A DNA stretch of 64,000 nucleotides from an uncultured Alphaproteobacteria bacterium (GTDB lineage: Bacteria; Pseudomonadota; Alphaproteobacteria; Rhizobiales; Xanthobacteraceae). Positions 18,439-28,885 of the stretch are shown here, piece after piece (positions within the stretch are counted from its first letter, which is position 1; each line of letters starts with the position of its first letter). Both the position numbers and the translations under genes were made by a program. The notes beneath the pieces were generated by a model. It ran no database searches, was not told the origin of the DNA, and saw only the letters and a program-made list of their open reading frames with translations. Location: the NCBI GenBank assembly GCA_963778925.1, contig CAVZWE010000020.1, positions 137,087 to 201,086 of the forward strand, read 5' to 3'.

Positions 18439-19059
18439 TTAGTTCGACCAGCTGATCGGCGCGTAATGGCCGTTCTTGCCGGAATTGTCCCAACGCATGC
18501 CGTGATCGGCGAAGGTGCTGCCCTTTGAGCCGACTGCCAGCGCGAGCTTGTCGGGCGCGGCCGGATGGCCAATCGTCGTCCAAATCTCACCGCTGCTATG
18601 CATGGTGGGCAGAGGCTCCACTGCCATATGCATGATGCCTGGGATTTCCGCCGAGCGGCTTTTGCCCGTGATGGCATATTTGATCGCCACTTTCTTCGCG
18701 CCGAGATGATTGCCAACCAAAGGCGCGAATGCCGCCATGGGGCCACCCTCCGCGCCGCTGAAGATGGCACCGAGCGCCGCGGTCTGTTGTTCATCAGCGC
18801 GCTCATCGATATAGGCCGCTAGCGTCCAGTTGCCTTCTCCCATGGCGCCCGGTGTATGGCCAACGACGGCAACGTTGAGCCCGTCCAGCGATATTTTGCC
18901 GTAACTGCCCTTGTCGATATGGAAGACGAGCGCAACGTCGCATACCCCCTGACTCGGCCGCGCCGTCAAAGGGGCGCTAGTCGAGACAAGGCATGGGCAC
19001 ACCACGTTGCAGTTGCAATTCTCGAAATAATCGCCAGACAGGTTCCATTTCGTTGCCAT
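18439..19059 (-). CDS. DUF1326 family protein
   Basis: W.LSGDYFENCNCNVVCPC; the usual partner of DUF2182. Confidence 0.85.
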   Translation of the reverse strand: MATKWNLSGDYFENCNCNVVCPCLVSTSAPLTARPSQGVCDVALVFHIDKGSYGKISLDGLNVAVVGHTPGAMGEGNWTLAAYIDERADEQQTAALGAIFSGAEGGPMAAFAPLVGNHLGAKKVAIKYAITGKSRSAEIPGIMHMAVEPLPTMHSSGEIWTTIGHPAAPDKLALAVGSKGSTFADHGMRWDNSGKNGHYAPISWSN

Positions 19060-19289
19060 CTGCTCCTCCTCCTATAACGGAAAACACGAATGATTTTAAA
19101 GACGCGCCGCAAATGCTCCCTCACTTGAATTCAATTTCCGGCTGGTCATCGCCAAGCGAGCCGTCTCTTGTCTACGCCCTAGGCGAGAATTTAGCATAAA
19201 TTCTTGAATGCCGAACAGCCGAATTGAGGCCAGTGTCACGCATCTTATCAAGTGGGTCTCCCCGCACTCATTCAATGTCTGAGATGGGT

Positions 19290-20008
19290 GTGCGCCGTGC
19301 AAAGGCGGCGCTTTCCAGTGGGTGCAAGCCCCACCCGGCAACCGCTCCAGCCGGAAGCAATCGGAGCAGTCATGGAGGTAACGAAGTGGCTGAAGCCTTC
19401 GATTAGCGTGTCACAAATTGGTGACAGCGCGAGTGTGCAGGCCGCAACGCGAGTGAACGCCGAGCAATCCTCGAAAAGGACAATGCGCAGGTCGACCCGA
19501 CAACCCTATCGGGGAAGACTGATACGTCTGGATGAAATGAGCGAAGCGATACGTTCAGACGCTGCGCCGGGGTAGTGGCGGCGGCATGTACACAAGGAAA
19601 GCGCACGAAACACGGGAAGCCCCAAGGCGTGGTCAGCGATGACCAACCGGAAGCCCGTGAGGGACAGGCTGGGCGCCCTGGGGTGGCGGAGAGGTTCGTA
19701 GTACCGCGGAAGCCGGGTAACTCCGGTGGAGGGAAGGGACCTCAGTTCAAGACCGACGCAATACGTGGTGAAGGACCTGGAGATTGGGCAACCTATCAAC
19801 TCCAATAAATGTTCAGAAGCCGCAGATGGCGTTGCACGCGAAAGCGTGAAGTCTTGTCCGAGAGCCGGATGCGGGAAATCTGCCTGTCCGGTTCGATGAG
19901 CGGGATGTGGAAACGGAGCCATGGCCGAACCAGTAAGGCACCGCCAGACGAAAGAGGCGGCAACAGATATGTTCTACCTAAAGCCACCGCGCCACATCTC
20001 AACTCTAC
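19290..20008 (+). mobile_element. ORF-less group II intron (719 nt; RT/maturase ORF deleted)
   Basis: 5' GTGCG; domain V GAGCCGGATGCGGGAAATCTGCCTGTCCGGTTC (19862-19894); long domain VI ending CTCAACTCTAC; only a 21-codon ORF stub [21 protein letters not shown] (19784-19849). Confidence 0.85.
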
Positions 20009-20074
20009 CAATTCGCGCCGATTTGACCGTAGGGCGATCACGTCCGGCGCGCGACACGATATGGGCGAGACGCA

Positions 20075-21340
20075 CTAGGACGATAGCGCGCGACAAATCC
20101 CGCGCTCGAATTGCCGATAGGCCTTGAGAGCTTGTCGGTCGGCGAAGGGGAGGATCTGCATCATGATCACGCCGGCGATCCGCGTCGTCGGGTCGATCCA
20201 GTAATATGTATTGAACAGACCGGCCCATGTGAGGCTGCCTGCCTTGCGCCCGTCGGGGACGGGATCGATATTGATCATGTGTCCAAGCCCCCATCGCAGC
20301 TGAACGCCCGGAAAAAAATCCACGTCGTTCGATAGCGCCGGGTTTGTCGTCTTGAGGATCCCCGCTTCGAGGTTACCGATCTGGTTTTCGGACATCAAGG
20401 CAACGGTCTCCGGCCGAAGGATACTTGTCTTGCGGAGGCTTCCGCCATTCAACAGCGCCTGCAGCAGGGTCAGATAATCCGGCGCCGTGGAATAGATGCC
20501 GCCTCCTCCGGAAAACACTTGCCGAACATTTGGCTTTTCCGGGGGCTGCGGAAGAAGTTTTCCATTCGGGTCCCTCACATGCAGACGGGCCTGACGCGCG
20601 CGCTGTTTCCCCGTGAGCGAGAAGCTGGTGTCGTTCATTCCGAGCGGTCCCGTGATGTGATCGCCGAAATAGCGATCGAGACTCTGCCCGCCGGCGATTT
20701 CCACCATCCGGCCGACCCGGTCCAGACTGCCGCCATAGGCCCACCTGGAACCAGGCTCGAACATCAGCGGCACGCGCGGCAAGGCGGGGTTATGGTGAGC
20801 AACCTTGAGATAGCGAACGACATTCGGATCCCAAAGCGGATAGCTGAACCCGGACGTGTGCGTCAGCAGGTTGCGCAGCGTTATGGGTTTTTGCGCCGGG
20901 TGCAGTTGCGGAACCCCTTTCGCATCGAAACCGGCGAGAACCTGGGCCGACCCGAGGGTCGGATCGATATTGCCGGCCGGCTCGTCCAGATTCAGCTTGC
21001 CGCGCTCCACCAGTTGCAGCGCGGCGACCGACGTCAGCAGTTTGACCATCGAGGCGATTCGGAAGATCGTGTCGAACGACATGCGTGACGCCGCGGTCAT
21101 GTCGCGGAAGCCGAACGCGCCTTCATAGACCACCGACTGTTCGTTTGCGGCCATCGCTATAACGCCGGGTATTTCCCTGGCGCTGACCCTTGCCTGCAAT
21201 GCTCTGTCGATCTCCTCCCTATGGGCCGGCTTGTTGAGAGGCGCGGCGATGCCAGTCGAAGGTGCGGCCGGAATCACGCTTGCGGATGCAAGAGCCGCTG
21301 TCCGCAATAGCGCGTCGCGTCGGGTGATCGGTCTTGTCAT
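20075..21340 (-). CDS. Serine hydrolase (beta-lactamase class C/esterase family), Tat-exported
   Basis: TRRDALL twin-arginine signal, SMVK (SxxK), [14 protein letters not shown]. Confidence 0.85.
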   Translation of the reverse strand: MTRPITRRDALLRTAALASASVIPAAPSTGIAAPLNKPAHREEIDRALQARVSAREIPGVIAMAANEQSVVYEGAFGFRDMTAASRMSFDTIFRIASMVKLLTSVAALQLVERGKLNLDEPAGNIDPTLGSAQVLAGFDAKGVPQLHPAQKPITLRNLLTHTSGFSYPLWDPNVVRYLKVAHHNPALPRVPLMFEPGSRWAYGGSLDRVGRMVEIAGGQSLDRYFGDHITGPLGMNDTSFSLTGKQRARQARLHVRDPNGKLLPQPPEKPNVRQVFSGGGGIYSTAPDYLTLLQALLNGGSLRKTSILRPETVALMSENQIGNLEAGILKTTNPALSNDVDFFPGVQLRWGLGHMINIDPVPDGRKAGSLTWAGLFNTYYWIDPTTRIAGVIMMQILPFADRQALKAYRQFERGICRALSS

Positions 21341-21626
21341 TTGCGCCTTGAAGGTGAGACTGCTGGCACTCCCGAGAGATACGGCAAGCGTCTCAAGAAA
21401 CACCGATAAACGGGCGCAAATCGCCTTGCTTGCTGTGCAATGCTACGACCGCTAGCTACCACCGATCAACCGCGTTTCTTTGGTTCATCGGCACAAAGTT
21501 GGCAGTATTGCGTGAGCAGCGGCAGGTGGATCTGGTTTGCTGCGAATAATTGGCCGCTCGGTCCATCCAAATCGTACCCGCTAATTTGTATACCAGGGCC
21601 TGAACTCAAGAATTCGCAGTGGTCGG

Positions 21627-21651
21627 ACGTCCGCTTTGCCCACTCTCCGAC
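21627..21651 (+). repeat. Tripartite GTCCG repeat, isolated degenerate unit
   Basis: ACGTCCGCTTTGCCCACTCTCCGAC upstream of sulP. Confidence 0.4.
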
Positions 21652-21740
21652 GAATTGATCAGACTGGTCTCGGTGCGGCAATGGTGACAGAACGAGCGCC
21701 GACGAGCAACTAAAGGCAAGACCTGCGGGAGGATTTCCAA

Positions 21741-23363
21741 ATGTCACAGTTCGCGATCACCCGCGGCGATATTTTCGGTGGCTTGACCGCCGGCGTTGTG
21801 GCCTTGCCTCTTTGTCTTGCGTTCGGTGTCGCCTCCGGATTGGGCGCTGCCTCCGGCCTGTATGGCGGCATCATATTGGGCATTGTGGCCTCGCTTCTGG
21901 GCGGCACTGCGGTTCAGGTGTCCGGTCCGACGGCGCCGATGACGTTGATCCTGGCGGGCGTCGTCGCAGTGAACACGCTTCCGACAGGGAAGGTGAATCT
22001 CTCCAATGTCTTCGGCGTCTTCGTTCTTGCTGGCGCGTTGCAGGCCTTGTTCGGGATCGCAAGGCTCGGGCGATATGTTCGCTTCCTGCCCTATCCGGTG
22101 ATCTCCGGCCTGATGACGGGGATCGGCATCATCATCATTATTCAGCAAATCTTCCCAGTAGCGGGTTTGGACTCGCCGTCCTCGAATCCTGTCGCGATTC
22201 TGCAGTCCCTTGGAGCCCTGCAGCACGGTGTCCGTCCGGGCGCGGTATTGCTCGCGGCGACCACGGTCGCGCTTGCTTTCCTGCTGCCCCGTATCGTTTC
22301 TTTCGTTCCGCCGTCTCTCGTCGCTCTCGTCGTGCTCACGATTATCGCCGCTGTCTTTGGGATTTCGGCTCCGACCATTGGCGATATAGCCGGCGGCCTG
22401 CCGCACTTCATCATCCCCAGTTTGGATTTTGCCGATCCCAAACTCATCATCACCGCTGCGTTTCAACTTGCCTTTCTTGGGTCGATAGACACCCTCACGA
22501 CATCGCTGGTCGCAGACAGCATCACCAGAACGCATCACGACAGCAATCGGGAACTTGTCGGGCAAGGTGTGGGCAACGTGGCTGCTGCCCTTTTCGGTGG
22601 AATTCCTGGCGCCGGTGCGTTCATGCGGACGGCCGTCAATATCAGGGCGGGCGGACGGCATCGTTCTTCCGGTATCATTCATGGTCTATTCCTGCTCGCC
22701 GTTTTGCTCGGCCTATCCGGCGTGGTGCGGTACATCCCCCATGCCGTCCTGGCAGGAATTCTGATCAGCGCGGGGTTGAGCATCATCGATTATCGCAGTC
22801 TCTCCCATCTCTCGAGCGCCCCACGCGCCGACATCATCCTCATGCTGCTCGTGGTCGTGTTGACGATTTTCACCGATCTGATCACAGCCGTCGGCATTGG
22901 CATGGTCGTCGCCTCCTTGATCTTCATGGCGTCCATTGCCGGGATCATGGAACAGAGGACGAAGCTCACGCTGATGGAAGACGAGCCATGGGCGGATGAA
23001 ATCGAAATTCCCGAAGAATTGAGGAATCGTTTGCTAATCAAGCACGTGGATGGCCCGCTATTCTTTGGCTTCGCCCAAGCCCTTCGCAAGGTTTCGGCCC
23101 AAGTGGCGGATGGAAGGATGCTCGTGCTGAGGATGGAACGGGTCTCCTATATGGACCAGTCGGGAATTTATGCCCTGCAGGACGTCCTGGTCGACCTCGA
23201 GGCCGCGAACCTGTGCGTCCTTCTGGTTGGCCTTCCCCAAAACCAAATCGACCGCCTTGAAGCGATGCAGGTGGTGCCGAATCTCATGCCGAGAGAGAAC
23301 GTCTTCGGCAAATTCGAGGCATTCAGGCGTGAGTTGCCTAGGATCGTCGAAAAACTCGGATGA
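21741..23363 (+). CDS. SulP/SLC26 family anion (bicarbonate/sulfate) transporter with STAS domain
   Basis: GLTAGVVALPLCLAFG, SGPTAPM, NRELVGQG, GPLFFG, MDQSG. Confidence 0.9.
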   Translation: MSQFAITRGDIFGGLTAGVVALPLCLAFGVASGLGAASGLYGGIILGIVASLLGGTAVQVSGPTAPMTLILAGVVAVNTLPTGKVNLSNVFGVFVLAGALQALFGIARLGRYVRFLPYPVISGLMTGIGIIIIIQQIFPVAGLDSPSSNPVAILQSLGALQHGVRPGAVLLAATTVALAFLLPRIVSFVPPSLVALVVLTIIAAVFGISAPTIGDIAGGLPHFIIPSLDFADPKLIITAAFQLAFLGSIDTLTTSLVADSITRTHHDSNRELVGQGVGNVAAALFGGIPGAGAFMRTAVNIRAGGRHRSSGIIHGLFLLAVLLGLSGVVRYIPHAVLAGILISAGLSIIDYRSLSHLSSAPRADIILMLLVVVLTIFTDLITAVGIGMVVASLIFMASIAGIMEQRTKLTLMEDEPWADEIEIPEELRNRLLIKHVDGPLFFGFAQALRKVSAQVADGRMLVLRMERVSYMDQSGIYALQDVLVDLEAANLCVLLVGLPQNQIDRLEAMQVVPNLMPRENVFGKFEAFRRELPRIVEKLG

Positions 23364-23429
23364 CCGGTTATTATCCACTTCGGCTCCTGAATCATCGATC
23401 AGAAGATCAATTGAGCGGCGCAGCGCGGA

Positions 23430-24161
23430 CTAGTCGCTCGGCTGCTCGATCCTTCCGGTGCGCTGAAAATGCGACATAAGCATCTGGCAAATCAGCGCCC
23501 ACGAAATGCCGAAGCACCAGCCCGCCAGCACATCGCTCGGATAATGAACTCCAAGATATATCCGGCTGACTCCGACCAACAGGGCCAGGATCGCGGCGGT
23601 CATTATAAGATGGATGCGAACTGAGCGGGAAGCTTGCGTCTGAGCCAGCATCAAGCCGAGCGTCAGATAGCAGACAGACGAAATCGCTGCGTGCCCGCTC
23701 GGAAAGCTCGGCGTAGAGACCTGAGTGAGTGGAGTGACGAGATCGGGGCGCACTCGCGCAAAGGCAAGCTTGAGAAGGGTGTTGAGAAATGTGCCGCTCA
23801 GGACCGTCGTCAGGACGAACAAAGCGGCTCGACGTTTGCCTGCGGTAAAAAGGAACGTGGTTACGATTGTGACCAGCAGTGCAAGTACCGCGGTACTGCC
23901 CAGTGCGGTGATGTCTCGCACAACGTCGAGCAACCATGGCGGCCCGATTGGTCGCGACAAGTCGGACGCTTGGCGAAAGGCGACCATCAACCAGCGGTCG
24001 AACGCGATAGGCTCTCCTTCGGTCACCTCCTGTGCGATGAACGCAAAACCGAACAGGAGAACGGCGACGAATAAGGCCGGAGCCCAAGACCTCAGATGCC
24101 CGGCAGCATTCTGCGGTTCAGTCGTTCTCATCTTCGTCGCCTCCGGGAACTCAACTTCCAT
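23430..24161 (-). CDS. PAP2 family phosphatase
   Basis: KLAFARVRP, SFPSGH, SRIYLGVHYPSDV; start uncertain (24161 or 24131). Confidence 0.85.
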   Translation of the reverse strand: MEVEFPEATKMRTTEPQNAAGHLRSWAPALFVAVLLFGFAFIAQEVTEGEPIAFDRWLMVAFRQASDLSRPIGPPWLLDVVRDITALGSTAVLALLVTIVTTFLFTAGKRRAALFVLTTVLSGTFLNTLLKLAFARVRPDLVTPLTQVSTPSFPSGHAAISSVCYLTLGLMLAQTQASRSVRIHLIMTAAILALLVGVSRIYLGVHYPSDVLAGWCFGISWALICQMLMSHFQRTGRIEQPSD

Positions 24162-24275
24162 CAAGTACGAGAGGGTGTTCAGGTCGGCGTGCTGGAGGCC
24201 AGCCGGGATGAAGCTGCGGGTTTTCGAGTGGTCTACTCGCATACACGGTATTGGGAACTCGGCGTCGCGCCGGGT

Positions 24276-26165
24276 TCAAATCGCAAATTGTCGTCCAATC
24301 TCGACAACCTCGTCCCTCGGCAGCTTGAAGTAGTCGATCGCCTCGCTCGAATTGCGTAACATGAACGAAAACACGACCTCTACCAGCCACGGCAGTCCCT
24401 TGCCGTCCTTGCGCCTGACGACCGTCTCGCGCCCGATGTAATAGGTCACTGAGCCATCGACCGGGTAGCCCTCCGCGCGTGCACGTTCCAGCAAGGCCGG
24501 GAGGTCGGGCTGCTCCATGAAACCGTAATGAGCCTGGTTTCGCCACACTTGCGGGCCGATCTGGCGCACGTCCAGCCGGTCCTCCTCTGCGACGTAGGGG
24601 ATCATCTCGGTGACAACATTGAGGATCCCGACTGAATCGTGCAGCGCGTGAGTGTGCCGGAGGTGCCAGACCACGAGCGGCGGAATCTCGCGCGTGACGC
24701 GTGCCACGAACACAGCGGTGCCCGGCACGCGCCGAATCTCGCCGCTGTCGATCTGCGCCACGATATCGCCGATCGGAATCTGAGGTTCATCCGCCAATGC
24801 GTGCACCGCGGTGCGGCCCACTTGCCAGATCCGCATCAACGTGAAGACAGCGATGGCAAACAGCACGGGCACCCATCCGCCGTCGGCAAACTTCAACATG
24901 TTGGCGGACAGGAAGGCTCCCTCCACCGTGGCAAACCCGACGCCAATTGCGATCACCGCCGGCAGCGGCAAACCCCAGATCTCGCGTAGCGCGATCGAAA
25001 GAAGGAAGGTCGTCAGCACCATGTCCGCCGACACAGCTATTCCATAGGCGGCGGCCAGGTTCTCCGAGCTTCGAAAGCTGATGGCAAGCGCGAGCGTTGC
25101 AGTCATGAGCAGCCAGTTCACCGCGGGCACGTAGATCTGGCCAAATCCCTCGGCCGAGGTCTGGACGATTCGCATCCGCGGCAGGCAGCCGAGCTGGATC
25201 GCCTGGCGTGTCATCGAGAAGGCGCCCGTGATGACCGCCTGGCTGGCGACGGCGGTTGCAATCGTGGCGAGGATGACCAGCGGCAGCAGCAACACCGGCG
25301 CGGGGCAGAGACGAAAGAACAGACTTCCCTCGACCGCCCCACCGGCCAGCACGAGCGCCGCCTGCCCCGCATAATTCAGAACCAGCGCCGGGAAAACCAC
25401 GCACCAGCCCAACCGGATTGGCGCCCGGCCAAAATGGCCGAGGTCGGCATAGAGCGCCTCCGCCCCGGTGACACAAAGGAACACGCCGCCGAGCACCAGC
25501 ATGACGTTGCCACCACCGGAAAACAGGAAGTGCAGCCCCGGTGCCGGATTGATGGCCCATAACACGGCCGGATACTGTGCGATCCCCCACAGGCCGAGCA
25601 GGGCGAGCACCGCGAACCAGGCCGCCATGACCGGCCCCAGGAATCGACCGAGCACAGCCGTCCCACGTTGCTGCACGGCGAACAAAGCGGCGAGAATCGC
25701 CACGGTCCCCGGCAGTACGAAGCGGTCGAGCTCAGATGCTATGACGTCCAACCCCTCCAATGCCGACAGCACCGAGATCGCCGGCGTGAGGGCGCAGTCG
25801 CCGTACACCAGCGCCGCGCCGAACATGCCGATGAACAAGACGGGGCGCCGTCCCGGCTTCCGGCTCAGCAGCGCCATCAATGCGAGAACGCCACCTTCGC
25901 CTTCATTGTCCACCCGTAGCGCCAGGATGATGTACTTTACCGTCGTGATGATGATGAGCGTCCACACAATCAGCGACAGCGAGCCGAGGACGGCCTCCGG
26001 CGCGGGATGCTTGCCCGTGGCACCAAGCACGACCTTGAGCGTGTAGAGCGGGCTTGTGCCAATATCGCCATAAACTACGCCAAGGGCGGCCAAACTCAGC
26101 GCAGAGAGGCTGTGCCCTGAATGGTGCGGAGAGGCCTTGTTTGTTTCAACGGCCATTTGAACCAT
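24276..26165 (-). CDS. kup: KUP/HAK/KT potassium transporter
   Basis: GVVYGDIGTSPLY, GEGG, GAEALYADLGHF, GQIYVP, AAAYGIAV. Confidence 0.92.
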   Translation of the reverse strand: MVQMAVETNKASPHHSGHSLSALSLAALGVVYGDIGTSPLYTLKVVLGATGKHPAPEAVLGSLSLIVWTLIIITTVKYIILALRVDNEGEGGVLALMALLSRKPGRRPVLFIGMFGAALVYGDCALTPAISVLSALEGLDVIASELDRFVLPGTVAILAALFAVQQRGTAVLGRFLGPVMAAWFAVLALLGLWGIAQYPAVLWAINPAPGLHFLFSGGGNVMLVLGGVFLCVTGAEALYADLGHFGRAPIRLGWCVVFPALVLNYAGQAALVLAGGAVEGSLFFRLCPAPVLLLPLVILATIATAVASQAVITGAFSMTRQAIQLGCLPRMRIVQTSAEGFGQIYVPAVNWLLMTATLALAISFRSSENLAAAYGIAVSADMVLTTFLLSIALREIWGLPLPAVIAIGVGFATVEGAFLSANMLKFADGGWVPVLFAIAVFTLMRIWQVGRTAVHALADEPQIPIGDIVAQIDSGEIRRVPGTAVFVARVTREIPPLVVWHLRHTHALHDSVGILNVVTEMIPYVAEEDRLDVRQIGPQVWRNQAHYGFMEQPDLPALLERARAEGYPVDGSVTYYIGRETVVRRKDGKGLPWLVEVVFSFMLRNSSEAIDYFKLPRDEVVEIGRQFAI

Positions 26166-26483
26166 TGCAGCCCCAAACCGGGATGTCGGGTGCCGAGGGA
26201 TTGCCCCCGCCACCCTCTCTCGCAGTATCCGAATGGATTTCCGGACCGCCCGAGGCTTGGGCAACCATTGCCGGTCCAGATTGATCTGGATCAAAAGAAC
26301 ACAACGCCAGGCGCTTCCCGGCCCCGGCACCTTCGTGGAAAAGTCGTGGGAGATCCTGGAAATGAGCTGCGCATTTCGCCGCTGCACACGAGCATGCAGG
26401 GCAAGCCCAAGCGAGTTGGCCGTCGTTCAAATTGGAACAAGATCGGGAAACACGGGCACGCCTATGCGACGACGCCCGCGCCG

Positions 26484-26915
26484 TCAACGCGCGGCGTTGT
26501 AGACATCACGCAGGACGTTGGTCTCAAGCTCCAGATCCTTCAGTCGATGCTTGACTACATCGCCGATGCTGACGATACCGGCCAGCTTGCCGCCGCGCAG
26601 TACCGGCATGTGGCGCACGCGATGGTGCGTCATCAGGTTCATCACGCGATTGACACTCTCGTCCGGGGACACGGTGGTCACACCGTATTGCATGACCTCC
26701 TTCACAGTCATCGACCCGGCTGTCTCGCCATAGCGAGAAAATGCATGGACGATTTCACGTTCGGAAATGAGACCAAGAATTTCGTCCCCGCTCGTCACCA
26801 CGAGAGCGCCAATATTCTTTGCGCGGAGCCAGTCCGCCGCTCTCTTGATGCTGGCTTCCGGAGCTATTGTTGTGACGTCGGTGCCCTTCCGCCTCAGAAT
26901 GCTTTCGATGGACAT
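26484..26915 (-). CDS. CBS domain pair protein
   Basis: Two CBS repeats, RVRHMPV, GIVSIGDVVK. Confidence 0.9.
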   Translation of the reverse strand: MSIESILRRKGTDVTTIAPEASIKRAADWLRAKNIGALVVTSGDEILGLISEREIVHAFSRYGETAGSMTVKEVMQYGVTTVSPDESVNRVMNLMTHHRVRHMPVLRGGKLAGIVSIGDVVKHRLKDLELETNVLRDVYNAAR

Positions 26916-27094
26916 AGCCTCCTCCCATCGTTTGGCCTAGCCGCCTATCTCATTGATTTGCGGTCTCGCCCCCGCAATTGGGAAGCAATTGGGGGGCATG
27001 GAAGCCGTTCTCCACTTTAGCTTATCATATCGGCAGGAAGCAGTCAGCAAGCATCGGGGACCGCGCAACCGATCAGTCGTTGGCAAGCTTGTGC

Positions 27095-27204
27095 GTGACC
27101 GGTTCGGGTCATTCGTGCCGTGTTGGGGACCGGTTGAGCCGGCACCCGAAAAGCGGACATTCTCGGGTTTCTCCAACATGTTACAAACGTGCCAAAGCTG
27201 TGCC
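27095..27204 (+). repeat. Tripartite GTCCG repeat, A-B-C copy
   Basis: GACCGGTTCGGGTCATTCGTGCCG, CACCCGAAAAGCGGACAT, ATGTTACAAACGTGCCAAAG. Confidence 0.6.
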
Positions 27205-27399
27205 GATATATGGCTTCGGTCTGAACGGGAACCTGCCGCCTGCGAGCATGGCTCGCGCAGCCCGACCGCGTCGCGCTGCTTCGACAGCGTATTCCTAAAC
27301 TTCTTCCCGTCCTTCACAATGACGACTAAATTCTTCGCCGGATCCTCCGGCAATTGATATCTGCGATCGGATCGCCCCGCTCATTCGAAGGCGACGTAA

Positions 27400-28848
27400 A
27401 TGGCAATTCATGCTCGCTTGCGGACCCCTGTCCATTTCGCGGTTGCATTGCTTTCGTCGGCCTGTGCTTTTCATGCCGTCGTGCAGGCGGCGTCGCCGGT
27501 GCCCGACGGAGTGTCTCTCAGCGTGTCGGCGATTACGTGGAGCACCGTCAAATACGCGACCGATGCGGAGAACGGATTCGTCAGCGGGTCGCTCGACAAG
27601 AAGACCATCGTCGATCGCACATTCAGCACCCGCGTGCTCGAGAATCGTTATCTGAAGGTAACGCTCGTGCCCGAATTCGGCGGGCGAATTCTTTCCATCA
27701 TTTACAAGCCGACCGGCCACGAACAACTTTATCGCACGGAAGTAGGCGTGCCTTACGGGATCGAGGGCGGCAATTTCTATTACGACTGGCTGATGGTGTA
27801 TGGCGGCATCTTCCCGACATTCCCGGATGCCGAGCACGGCAAGACCTGGCTGAAGCCGTGGGATTTCAGGGTGGTGAAGGAGAGCGCCGGCGAAGTGACG
27901 GTGTCGATGTCGCTGAAAGACGATTTCGCATATGCGGGGGCGCCGAGGAAATTCAGGCCGGGCTCGACGGGCATCGAAGCGACGACCTACGTGACGCTGA
28001 AAGCCGATCGCGCCGCGCTCGATGTGCGCGTAGTGCTGAAAAATCCGCAAGACAAGACGATCGACTACGAGTACTGGACCTGCACGACGCTGGCTCCGGG
28101 ATCGGACCCGAAAAATCCCAAAACGACCGGCGGGGCCGAAATCATCGCGCCGATCCGGGCCTACCGAACGGCCGACTGGTCGGCCAATCTGTCCGACGGC
28201 GACAACAGTTTAGGCATGGGCACGAGCCGCTTCGAAAGACTGCGCTATTTCAAGAACTGGCCGACGATGGGCATCGCATATGCCGCGCCGGACATGCAGG
28301 GCGGGAATTTCTGGGGCGTAATCAACCATGACAACGAAGAGGGGATCATCCGCATCGCCGACAATACCGTCACGCCGGGCCTGAAAATGTGGACGTGGGG
28401 ATTTCCGTCGTTTACGAACGAAACCGACGCACGCAAAGACCCGAACGAACAACGACCTTACATCGAATTATGGGCAGGCGTGTCGGACCAGTTTTTCCAC
28501 AGCGCCAGGTTTTCCGCACTGGGCGAAGTGTCGATTCCGGAAACCTACAGCCCGACCGTCGGCATCAGCAACGTGACGCATGCGAACGAGAACATCCTGA
28601 TCAATCTCTCGGCCGATACGTCCGGCGTCAAACTTCAGTTCTTCAGTATCGAACCGGCCACGCCGTTGCGCGTAACGTTGAAACGCGGCGACGCGGTATT
28701 GTTCGACGACGCCGTGAAAGCCGACCCGAAAAACGGAAATGGTATTTCCGCGACGATTCCTGCCGGCGGCAGCGGCGAACAGGTACAGCTGACGATCAGG
28801 ACCGCAGAGGGTAAAGAGCTGATCGCGGCCGCGACAAAAATAAAATAA
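27400..28848 (+). CDS. Secreted DUF5107-like (aldose-epimerase/carbohydrate-binding fold) protein
   Basis: Signal peptide; VLENRYLKVTLVPEFGGRILSI, GGIFPTFP..EHG, ELWAG. Confidence 0.65.
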   Translation: MAIHARLRTPVHFAVALLSSACAFHAVVQAASPVPDGVSLSVSAITWSTVKYATDAENGFVSGSLDKKTIVDRTFSTRVLENRYLKVTLVPEFGGRILSIIYKPTGHEQLYRTEVGVPYGIEGGNFYYDWLMVYGGIFPTFPDAEHGKTWLKPWDFRVVKESAGEVTVSMSLKDDFAYAGAPRKFRPGSTGIEATTYVTLKADRAALDVRVVLKNPQDKTIDYEYWTCTTLAPGSDPKNPKTTGGAEIIAPIRAYRTADWSANLSDGDNSLGMGTSRFERLRYFKNWPTMGIAYAAPDMQGGNFWGVINHDNEEGIIRIADNTVTPGLKMWTWGFPSFTNETDARKDPNEQRPYIELWAGVSDQFFHSARFSALGEVSIPETYSPTVGISNVTHANENILINLSADTSGVKLQFFSIEPATPLRVTLKRGDAVLFDDAVKADPKNGNGISATIPAGGSGEQVQLTIRTAEGKELIAAATKIK

Positions 28849-28885
28849 ATTCTTGCCGATTGCCCTATTCAAACGCAGCGGGTTG

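Noticed and set aside
19224-20127. Several 60-138 aa ORFs across the intron
   Set aside because: They are translations of structured intron RNA; no RT motifs (no YADD)
20075-21340. Antibiotic-resistance beta-lactamase call
   Set aside because: SxxK family membership is clear, but these Tat-exported rhizobial proteins are mostly esterases; resistance cannot be inferred
26950-26990. FixK box upstream of the CBS gene
   Set aside because: Only one half-site (TTGAT) is present
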